This document shows positions 25,240-32,000 of a stretch of DNA of 32,000 nucleotides, piece after piece; position 1 is the first letter of the stretch; every line of letters starts with the position of its first letter. The notes below the pieces were generated by a model. That model was not told the DNA's origin. It ran no database searches and was given only the letters and a program-made list of their open reading frames with translations. The DNA comes from an uncultured bacterium (lineage in GTDB: Bacteria > Oederibacteriota > JAAXVQ01 > JAUVAV01), in assembly GCA_964630235.1 (NCBI GenBank), contig CAZVUO010000001.1, forward strand, positions 1,026,506 to 1,058,505. The letters are read 5' to 3'. The position numbers and the translations under genes were made by a program.

Positions 25240-25272
25240 TGAATCTTTCCGAGGAGGAGGCAGCCGCGGTTT

Positions 25273-25905
25273 ATGACCACACGGATCGCGATCTTGGCTT
25301 CGGGCGGAGGCACAAACTGCCAGGCGTTGCTGGATGCCTGGCGGTCCGGCCAATTCGTCTCCGCTGATATCCGCCTGGTGGTGAGCAATAAAGCGGACGC
25401 CGGTGTCCTGGAACGCGCGCGCAGCGCGGGGGTCACGGACCTGTTCCTGGACCCCGCGCAGTACCCGGACCGCGTGGCCTATGACCTGGAGCTGGCCAGC
25501 CGCCTGCGCAGCCAGGGCGTGAACTTGGTCTGTCTGGCCGGCTACCTGCGCATCCTGACGCCGGAATTCATCCGGCAATTCCCCCTGCAGATCATGAATA
25601 TCCATCCCGCCCTGCTCCCCGCGTTCGGCGGGGAGGGGATGTACGGGCGCCATGTGCACGAAGCGGTGCTCGCGGCCGGCGTGAAATATTCGGGCTGCAC
25701 CGTGCACTTCGTGGACGAGGGCACGGACACCGGCCCGATCATCCTGCAGGCCGTGGTGCCGGTGATGGACCACGACACGCCGGACAAGCTCGCGGAGCGG
25801 GTGCTGATCGAGGAGCACCGCCTGTACCCGCGAGCTGTGGTTTTATACTGCGAACACCGTTTGGAAGTGGCCGGCCGCCGCGTGCGCGTGCTGGAAAAAG
25901 CGTAG
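25273..25905 (+). CDS. purN: GAR formyltransferase PurN
   Basis: RIAILASGGGTN, NIHPALLPAFGG and CTVHFVDEGTDTGPII. Confidence 0.93.
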   Translation: MTTRIAILASGGGTNCQALLDAWRSGQFVSADIRLVVSNKADAGVLERARSAGVTDLFLDPAQYPDRVAYDLELASRLRSQGVNLVCLAGYLRILTPEFIRQFPLQIMNIHPALLPAFGGEGMYGRHVHEAVLAAGVKYSGCTVHFVDEGTDTGPIILQAVVPVMDHDTPDKLAERVLIEEHRLYPRAVVLYCEHRLEVAGRRVRVLEKA

Positions 25906-25929
25906 AGTCTACCCAAAGGAGTTTTCGGC

Positions 25930-27513
25930 ATGGTGAAAATCAAACGGGCATTGATCAGTGTATCGGACAAAACCGGGATCGTGGAGCTGGGCCAGGGCTT
26001 GATCCGGCACGGCGTGGAGATCCTGTCCACCGGCGGCACGGCCAAGGCGCTGAAGGAGGCCGGCCTCAAGGTGAAGGACGTTTCCGAGGTCACGGGCTTT
26101 CCGGAAATGATGGACGGGCGGGTGAAGACCTTGCACCCCAAGATCCACGGCGGCCTGCTGGCCCTGCGCGACAACCCGGACCACATGCGCCAGCTGGCGG
26201 AGCAGAAGATCGAGCCCATTGACATGGTGGTCGTGAACCTGTACCCCTTCGCCCGCACCGTGGCCAAGCCCGGCGTGCACCTGGAGGAGGCCATCGAGAA
26301 CATTGACATCGGCGGGCCTTCGATGATCCGCTCGGCCTCCAAAAACTTCCGCAGCGTGGCCGTGGTGGTGAACCCGGCCCGCTACGCGGCCCTGCTCGCG
26401 GAGATGGACCAGCAGGAAGGAGAGGTGGGCGACGACACCCTGAAGCAGCTCGCGGTGGAGGCCTTCGACCACACCGCGGAGTATGACGCCGGCATCCACC
26501 GCTACCTGTTGGAGAAGCTCGGCGCCGAGGCGGGACCCTTCCCGGAGACCATTCGCTTTACCTTTCACCGGCAGCAGGCTCTGCGTTACGGCGAGAATCC
26601 GCACCAGCAGGCCGCCTGGTACCGCCAGGCCGCCCTGAACGCGCCGGACGCCGAGGCCACGCTCAGCTCGGCCAAGCAGCTGCAGGGCAAGGAACTGTCG
26701 TTCAACAACCTGCTCGACCTGCACGCGGCCCTGGAGCCGGTGAAGGAATTCGCGGAGCCCGCGGCCTGCATCATCAAGCACACCAATCCCTGCGGCCTGG
26801 CCATCGGCGCGGACATCGCCGAGGCCTACCGCAAGGCCTACCACGCGGACCCCCTGTCCGCCTACGGGGGCATCGTGGGCCTGAACCGGCCGCTGAACCG
26901 GGCCGTGGCCGAGCTCATGCAGGATATCTTCCTGGAGTGCGTCATCGCGCCCGGGTTCGAGCCCGATGCCCTGGAGCTGCTGCGCGCCAAGAAGAACCTG
27001 CGCCTGCTCGAGATCGGCGCCCTGGCCCCGGCCTCCGGCGCGCTCCTGTCCTGGCAGACCATGGACCTGAAGCGCGTGTCCGGCGGCCTCCTGCTCCAGG
27101 AGCGGGACCGCGGCCAGGTCAAGCCCGACGGCCTGAAGGTGGTCAGCCAGCAGCAGCCCACGGCCGAACAGATGCGGGACCTGCTCTTCGGCTGGCAGGT
27201 GTGCAAGCACGTCAAGTCCAACGCCATTGTCCTGGTCCATCACGGCGCCACGGTGGGCGTAGGGCCGGGGCAGACCAACCGCGTGGGCGCCGCGGAGATC
27301 GCGGTGCGCCAGGCCGGGGAGCGGGCCCGGGGCGCGGTCGTGGCCTCGGACGCCTATTTCCCGTTCCGCGACGGGGTGGACCTGCTCGCCAAGGCGGGAG
27401 TTTCGGCCGTGATCCAGCCCGGCGGGTCGGTCAGGGACGAGGAAGTCATCGCCGCGGCCAACGAACACAAGCTGCCCATGGTGTTCACCGGCATGCGGCA
27501 TTTCAAACACTAA
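25930..27513 (+). CDS. purH: Bifunctional AICAR transformylase / IMP cyclohydrolase PurH
   Basis: N-terminal MGS-like domain ([28 protein letters not shown]). C-terminal AICARFT domain ([24 protein letters not shown] end). Confidence 0.95.
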   Translation: MVKIKRALISVSDKTGIVELGQGLIRHGVEILSTGGTAKALKEAGLKVKDVSEVTGFPEMMDGRVKTLHPKIHGGLLALRDNPDHMRQLAEQKIEPIDMVVVNLYPFARTVAKPGVHLEEAIENIDIGGPSMIRSASKNFRSVAVVVNPARYAALLAEMDQQEGEVGDDTLKQLAVEAFDHTAEYDAGIHRYLLEKLGAEAGPFPETIRFTFHRQQALRYGENPHQQAAWYRQAALNAPDAEATLSSAKQLQGKELSFNNLLDLHAALEPVKEFAEPAACIIKHTNPCGLAIGADIAEAYRKAYHADPLSAYGGIVGLNRPLNRAVAELMQDIFLECVIAPGFEPDALELLRAKKNLRLLEIGALAPASGALLSWQTMDLKRVSGGLLLQERDRGQVKPDGLKVVSQQQPTAEQMRDLLFGWQVCKHVKSNAIVLVHHGATVGVGPGQTNRVGAAEIAVRQAGERARGAVVASDAYFPFRDGVDLLAKAGVSAVIQPGGSVRDEEVIAAANEHKLPMVFTGMRHFKH

Positions 27514-27603
27514 CAGGGTGCTGAAAAACCCGAATAGATTCCGCTAGCACCCTGCACTGGCCCTTCAGGATAGAGCAGGCTGGTAGGGCCAGCACCTGAC
27601 GGT

Positions 27604-27638
27604 TACCCCATGAAAAATCTCTGATTTTTCATGGGGTA
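27604..27638. repeat. Perfect 15-bp-stem palindrome
   Basis: taccccatgaaaaat ctctg atttttcatggggta. It is one of five hairpins between purH and the PilZ gene. The others are at 27514-27554, 27557-27592, 27664-27686 and 27763-27787. Confidence 0.75.
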
Positions 27639-27762
27639 TTCCACGCGGCGCGATCGATGAATACCCTTGCGGCAAAGCCGCAGGGGATACAGATGTCATA
27701 CCCCGAGCCAGGGCTCCGCTCTTGTTCACGCCGTAGATACGGTGGAGTAAAGGCGAAGGGGT

Positions 27763-27787
27763 AAAAAGTCCGCTCTGCGGACTTTTT
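27763..27787. terminator. Bidirectional terminator-like hairpin
   Basis: aaaaagtccgc tct gcggacttttt, i.e. a GC stem flanked by an A5 run and a T5 run. Confidence 0.6.
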
Positions 27788-27818
27788 CATCAGCCTACTG
27801 AGCCGGGAGACGGCTGCC

Positions 27819-28166
27819 ATGACCCAGAACCGAAGGATCGAATACCGCCTGCAGGCCGACCTGCGCGTGCTCAACTTCGAACTGCCCGATGCGCCGGAGG
27901 AATCCGCCACGGGCGTGATCCGGGAGCTGTCCGCGTCGGGCTGCAGGCTGGAATGCTCCGTGCCCCTCCAGGTCGGGCAGGCGCTCACGCTCAGTTTCAA
28001 ACTGCTCGACGGGCACCAGGTGGACGGCGTACAGGCCCGCGTGATCCGGCGGCTGTCCCAGCGTTCGCGGCGCGTGGTGGCGCTGGAGTTTGTGGGACTG
28101 CCGGAGACCGCGCAATACTTGATCCGGGAATACATTGTGTGGCGGGAAGCGCAAGTGAGCAATTGA
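27819..28166 (+). CDS. PilZ domain protein (putative c-di-GMP binding)
   Basis: NRRIEYR (RxxxR) and ELSASG (D/NxSxxG-like) at the expected spacing. 115 aa. Confidence 0.78.
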   Translation: MTQNRRIEYRLQADLRVLNFELPDAPEESATGVIRELSASGCRLECSVPLQVGQALTLSFKLLDGHQVDGVQARVIRRLSQRSRRVVALEFVGLPETAQYLIREYIVWREAQVSN

Positions 28167-28222
28167 GCAATAGAAAACAGCGCAATGGATAAAAGACGTT
28201 TCGCGATAGGGAAGGGGAACCC

Positions 28223-29512
28223 ATGAAAGTCATGGTCATCGGCGGCGGCGGCAGGGAACACGCCCTGGTTTGGGCCGCGCGGCGGTCGCCGCGGGTCCAC
28301 GAGGTGCTGGCCGCGCCGGGAAGCGCGGGCATGGCTAGCGAGGCCACGTGTCTGCCCATCAACGCGGACGACCTCGTCGGACTGGTCGGGATCGCGGAAC
28401 AGGAACGGCCTGATCTGGTGCTGGTCGGCCCCGAACTGCCGCTGACCCTGGGCGTGGTGGACCGTCTGAAGGCCGCCGGGATTCCGGCCTTCGGACCCGT
28501 AGCCGCCTGCGCCCGCCTGGAAGGCAGTAAGCATTTTGCCAAGCAGTTCATGGAAAAATACCGGATCCCGACCGCGCGGTCCGTCACGGTGGACAGTCTG
28601 GCCGCGGCTGAAGCCGCGCTCGGCCGGTTCACACTTCCCGTGGTGGTTAAAGCGGACGGCCTGGCGGCCGGCAAGGGCGTGACCGTGGCCGCCACCCGGG
28701 ACGAAGCCCTGGGCGCGCTGCGCCAGATCTTCGAGGCGCGCGTCTTCGGGGCCGCGGGCGACCGCGTGGTCCTCGAGGAATTCCTGGCCGGCGAGGAAGC
28801 CAGCGTGCTGGCCCTGTGCGACGGCCGCACGGCAATTCCTCTGCTCCCGGCGCAGGACCACAAGCGCATTTTCGACCAGGACCAGGGTCCGAACACCGGC
28901 GGCATGGGCGCCTATGCGCCCGCGCCCGCGGTGACGCCCGAGATCCTGAAGCGCGTGCAGCGCGAGATCCTGGACCCCGTGATCGCGGGCATGCGGGCCG
29001 AGGGAACGCCGTACCAGGGCGTGCTGTACGCGGGCCTGATGCTCACCGCGGACGGGCCCAAGGTCATCGAGTTCAACTGCCGCTTCGGCGATCCGGAGAC
29101 CCAGGCCGTGCTGCCGCTTTTGGCCTCGGACCTGGTGGAACTGGCGCAAGCATGCGTGGACGGCGCGCTGGACCAGCATCCCGTGTCCTGGAAACCCGGG
29201 GCCGCGGTCTGCGTGGTTCTGGCCGCGCCGGGATATCCCGGGTCCTATCCCAAGGACCTGCCGATCACCGGACTGACCGAAGCGGAGTTGATCCCGGAGA
29301 TCACGGTCTGGCACGCGGGCACGGGCTGGCAGGACGGCCGCTGGGTCACGCAGGGCGGCCGGGTGCTGAACGTGGTGGCGCGGGCCGAAACCCTGGACCA
29401 GGCCGTGAACCGCGTCTACCAGGCCGTAAGCCGGATCCAGTTCAAGGGCGCGCATTACCGGCGCGACATCGCCCAGCGCGCGTTGCAGCCCGGTCTCTAC
29501 GCTGGGCGGTAG
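28223..29512 (+). CDS. purD: Phosphoribosylamine-glycine ligase PurD
   Basis: MKVMVIGGGGREHAL, an ATP-grasp region (VVVKADGLAAGKGV) and EFNCRFGDPE. Confidence 0.95.
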   Translation: MKVMVIGGGGREHALVWAARRSPRVHEVLAAPGSAGMASEATCLPINADDLVGLVGIAEQERPDLVLVGPELPLTLGVVDRLKAAGIPAFGPVAACARLEGSKHFAKQFMEKYRIPTARSVTVDSLAAAEAALGRFTLPVVVKADGLAAGKGVTVAATRDEALGALRQIFEARVFGAAGDRVVLEEFLAGEEASVLALCDGRTAIPLLPAQDHKRIFDQDQGPNTGGMGAYAPAPAVTPEILKRVQREILDPVIAGMRAEGTPYQGVLYAGLMLTADGPKVIEFNCRFGDPETQAVLPLLASDLVELAQACVDGALDQHPVSWKPGAAVCVVLAAPGYPGSYPKDLPITGLTEAELIPEITVWHAGTGWQDGRWVTQGGRVLNVVARAETLDQAVNRVYQAVSRIQFKGAHYRRDIAQRALQPGLYAGR

Positions 29513-29536
29513 CCCCGGAACCATCAAGGAGGAGTC

Positions 29537-30067
29537 ATGATGCAGGATAAAGCGTTTGTGGGAATCGTGGTGGGAAGCGATTCGGATCTTCCCGTGCTGC
29601 AGGAAACCGTGAAAATGCTCGAGTACCTGGGCGTCGGCTACGATCTGACCATCGCCTCGGCGCACCGCTCGCCTGGCCGGGTGCGCGAATGGGTGCAGGC
29701 GCTCGAAAAGCGCGGCGCCGAGGTGATCATCGCCGGCGCCGGCGGCGCGGCCCACCTGCCCGGCGTGATCGCGGGCGAAACCCTTCTGCCGGTCATCGGC
29801 ATCCCCATGCCCACGCTGTACTTCAATGGAGAGGATTCGCTCCTGTCCATCGTGCAGATGCCCTCCGGCGTGCCGGTCGCGGCCATGGCCGTGGGCAAGA
29901 ACGGCGCCACCAACGCGGCCCTGTTCGCGGCCCAGATCCTCGCGCGCAAATATCCCCCGGTCGCCGACGCACTCAAGAAGTTCCGCGGCGAGCTGCTGCA
30001 GGGCGTCGAGAAAAAAGCGGCCAAACTGGCCCAGCTGGGCCTGGACAAATACATCGAGACCATGTAA
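29537..30067 (+). CDS. purE: N5-CAIR mutase PurE
   Basis: VGIVVGSDSDLPV, SAHRSP and AGGAAHLPGV. Start is ATG 29537 or 29540. Confidence 0.93.
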   Translation: MMQDKAFVGIVVGSDSDLPVLQETVKMLEYLGVGYDLTIASAHRSPGRVREWVQALEKRGAEVIIAGAGGAAHLPGVIAGETLLPVIGIPMPTLYFNGEDSLLSIVQMPSGVPVAAMAVGKNGATNAALFAAQILARKYPPVADALKKFRGELLQGVEKKAAKLAQLGLDKYIETM

Positions 30068-30080
30068 GCCCGCTGGCCGC

Positions 30081-31328
30081 ATGCCTCCGCTGTTTCCGCC
30101 TTTGCGCGCCATCGTATTCGACCTGGATGGCACGCTCTACCGAAGCGCCCGGCTGAACCGGGCATACGAGCGATCCGTGTACCGCGTCGTGGCCCAGACC
30201 CTGCGCGTGACCCCGGCCGAGGCCCGCCGCCGTTTCGACGCCGAGTACGCGCGTTTGCGCGGACGCTTGCGGCGCACGCCTTCCAAGCTCTACACCCTGA
30301 CGCAGCTCGGCATCTCGGACCAGGACTGGGCCAGGGCCGCGGGCCGGTGGATCAAACCGCATCTGTATTTGCGGCCCGACCCGCGTCTGCGCCGGACGCT
30401 GCTGGCCCTGCGCCCGCACGTGAAGCTGGCCGTGGTCACCAACAACCACCGGGGCAACCTGCTCGCCACCCTGCGGGTTCTGGGCGTGGAGGACTGCTTC
30501 GACGACCTGCTGGCGCTGTCCGACACGCGCCTGTTCAAGCCGTCCAGCCGCCTGTACCGCTTGAGCGCGGAACGGCTGGCCGTGGACCCGGCGGACTGCC
30601 TGTCCGTGGGTGACCGGTACGAGCTGGACCTGGCGCCCGCGGCCCAGGCCGGCATGCATACCCTGCTGGTTCAGCGGCTGGATGATTTGTACCGCCTGCC
30701 CGAACGGGTGCGGCCGGCAAGCGGGACCTGGCTTCCCACGCGCACGCCGGCCCAGCGCCGCCGGGCCGTGGCCGCCGCGGCCGCGTGCCTGCGCGCCGGC
30801 CGGCTCGCGGTCATGCCCACGGACACGGTCTACGGCCTGGCCGCCATACCGACACCTTCCGCCGTGCGCTGGATTTTCCGCGCCAAAGGACGGCCTGAAC
30901 GCCATCCTCTCGTCCTGCTGCTGTCCGACCCCGCCTCAGCCGGCCGCTTCGCCCGCTTTAGCGGTCAGGCGCGGGAACTGGCCCGGCGCTACTGGCCAGG
31001 CCCCTTGACCCTGGTTCTGCCGGCCAAGCCCGGCACGCCGTGGGCGCGGCTGACCCGCAGCCAGGGGACCGTGGCTCTGCGCGTGCCGGCGCACAGCCTG
31101 GCGCGCGAGATCATCCGGCGCTGTGGCGGTGTCTTAGCCGTGACCTCGGCCAATGTTTCCGGCCTCCCGGCGCCGGCGAAAAGCAGAGATATTCCAAGCC
31201 AAATCAGGGCATTCAGCGGCTGCCTGGTGGCAGGGGACAAGGGGCTGGAAGCCCAGCCTTCGGCAGTGGTCAAGGTTGCTGGCCAAGGCCTTCAGGTGCT
31301 GAGACCGGGCCGGCTGAAACTGGGATAA
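30081..31328 (+). CDS. Apparent fusion: HAD-superfamily hydrolase (N) + YrdC/TsaC-type threonylcarbamoyl-AMP synthase domain (C)
   Basis: ATG at 30081 inside ORF 29826..31328. HAD motifs: VFDLDGTLY, VVTNN, FKPS and VGDRYELD. YrdC motifs: AVMPTDTVYGLAA, KGRPERHPLVLL, YWPGPLTLVL and VTSANVSG. There is no stop between the halves. An internal GTG near 30708 cannot be excluded as a separate start. Confidence 0.78.
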   Translation: MPPLFPPLRAIVFDLDGTLYRSARLNRAYERSVYRVVAQTLRVTPAEARRRFDAEYARLRGRLRRTPSKLYTLTQLGISDQDWARAAGRWIKPHLYLRPDPRLRRTLLALRPHVKLAVVTNNHRGNLLATLRVLGVEDCFDDLLALSDTRLFKPSSRLYRLSAERLAVDPADCLSVGDRYELDLAPAAQAGMHTLLVQRLDDLYRLPERVRPASGTWLPTRTPAQRRRAVAAAAACLRAGRLAVMPTDTVYGLAAIPTPSAVRWIFRAKGRPERHPLVLLLSDPASAGRFARFSGQARELARRYWPGPLTLVLPAKPGTPWARLTRSQGTVALRVPAHSLAREIIRRCGGVLAVTSANVSGLPAPAKSRDIPSQIRAFSGCLVAGDKGLEAQPSAVVKVAGQGLQVLRPGRLKLG

Positions 31329-31375
31329 ATCCCAAAAAAGACCGCAACCAAAAGGACACGACGGGGTTTCAGGTG

Positions 31376-31969
31376 ATGAAGGATCAAATCGCGCGGGACG
31401 AGGATGTCACTTTGATCCGGCGCTGGCAGGCCGGCGAGGAAGCCGCCTTGACCGCGCTGGTGGACAAATACCGGGAGCGGGTGAGAGCCGTGGCCTACCG
31501 GTTTCTGCAAAATCAGACCGAGGCGGAAGACATCGCCCAAGAGACTTTTATCCGGCTGGTCCAGGCGCGGGACCGCTACGCCCCGCGCGCCAAGTTCAGT
31601 TCCTACCTCTTCACCATTGCCAACCACTTGTGCCTGAACGCCCTGCGCCACCGCAAGCGGCATCCCACGCAAAGCATGGACGCGCCGGTTTCGGAAGAAG
31701 CGGACGCCCCGGCCCGGCAGTGGGCCGACGCCTCGGCCAAGTCGGCCGTGCAGGTGCTGGAAGAAGAGGAACGGCTGGTCATGGTCCGGCAGGCAGTAGA
31801 CAGCCTTCCGCCGGACGAGCGCATGGCCCTGATCCTTGACCACTGGGAAGAACAGCCGCTGGAGCAGATCGCCGAAGTGCTGCGCAAGAGTGTGCCCGCG
31901 GTGAAGTCAATCTTGTTCCGGGCCCGGGCCAAACTGCGCATCAGCCTGGCCGCATACTGCCAGAAGTAA
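31376..31969 (+). CDS. ECF-type sigma-70 family factor
   Basis: ATG at 31376 inside ORF 31040..31969. Region 2 reads AEDIAQETFIRLV...FSSYLFTIANHLCLNALR. Region 4 reads LPPDERMALILDHWEEQPLEQIAEVLRKSVPAVKSILFRAR. Confidence 0.88.
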   Translation: MKDQIARDEDVTLIRRWQAGEEAALTALVDKYRERVRAVAYRFLQNQTEAEDIAQETFIRLVQARDRYAPRAKFSSYLFTIANHLCLNALRHRKRHPTQSMDAPVSEEADAPARQWADASAKSAVQVLEEEERLVMVRQAVDSLPPDERMALILDHWEEQPLEQIAEVLRKSVPAVKSILFRARAKLRISLAAYCQK

Positions 31970-31986
31970 CTTGAAAGGAGGACGCC

Positions 31987-32000
31987 ATGGACTGCCTGCA
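31987..32000 (+). CDS. Start of a downstream ORF (possible anti-sigma factor; partial)
   Basis: The ATG lies 5 nt after AAGGAGG. Only MDCL is inside the window. The function is guessed solely from its position after an ECF sigma gene. Confidence 0.25.

Noticed and set aside
24900-25272. A purine, ZTP (pfl) or PRPP-type riboswitch upstream of purN-purH.
   Set aside because: I could not find the conserved cores as I remember them (for example GGGUCGUGACUGGCG...CCGCCUGGGC for ZTP, or the purine three-way junction). An Infernal/Rfam scan would be decisive.

Overview
High-GC bacterial chromosomal segment. I saw no rRNA, tRNA or CRISPR array. It is dominated by + strand de novo purine-biosynthesis genes in three blocks: purS-purQ (57-1036), purL-purF-purM (5481-10274) and purN-purH / purD-purE (25273-30067). 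Three things separate the blocks. (1) A glycan-transfer trio at 1062-5477: a polytopic TPR membrane protein, a SAM methyltransferase and a GT2. (2) A ~9.8-kb visibly AT-rich mosaic island at about 10389-20225. (3) Core-like genes: a lipoprotein-like gene, a Zn-finger membrane protein, an ArfB-like factor, membrane proteins, a CheY-like receiver and a PilZ protein. The window ends with a HAD-YrdC fusion and an ECF sigma factor. The island holds two modification-dependent nuclease genes (Mrr, DUF262/DUF1524), an intact Phd/RelE-type toxin-antitoxin pair with its own promoter/operator, a truncated IS3 element and several gene fragments. It also holds two orphan ORFs: a tandem Zn-ribbon protein and a 425-aa protein. 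The most unusual signal is nine same-orientation copies of a 27-31-nt motif (GAATGGTGCCGGAGTTAGTTTATTAGTTTAA) sitting exactly at points where genes or elements are cut off. Together with duplicated gene ends that differ almost only by synonymous changes, this suggests repeated one-directional insertion of small cassettes by an unassigned mechanism. Intergenic DNA across the window is packed with several families of REP/MITE-like palindromes. All functional calls come from motif recognition by eye, with no database search. Coordinates of non-ORF features were hand counted and may be off by 1-2 nt.
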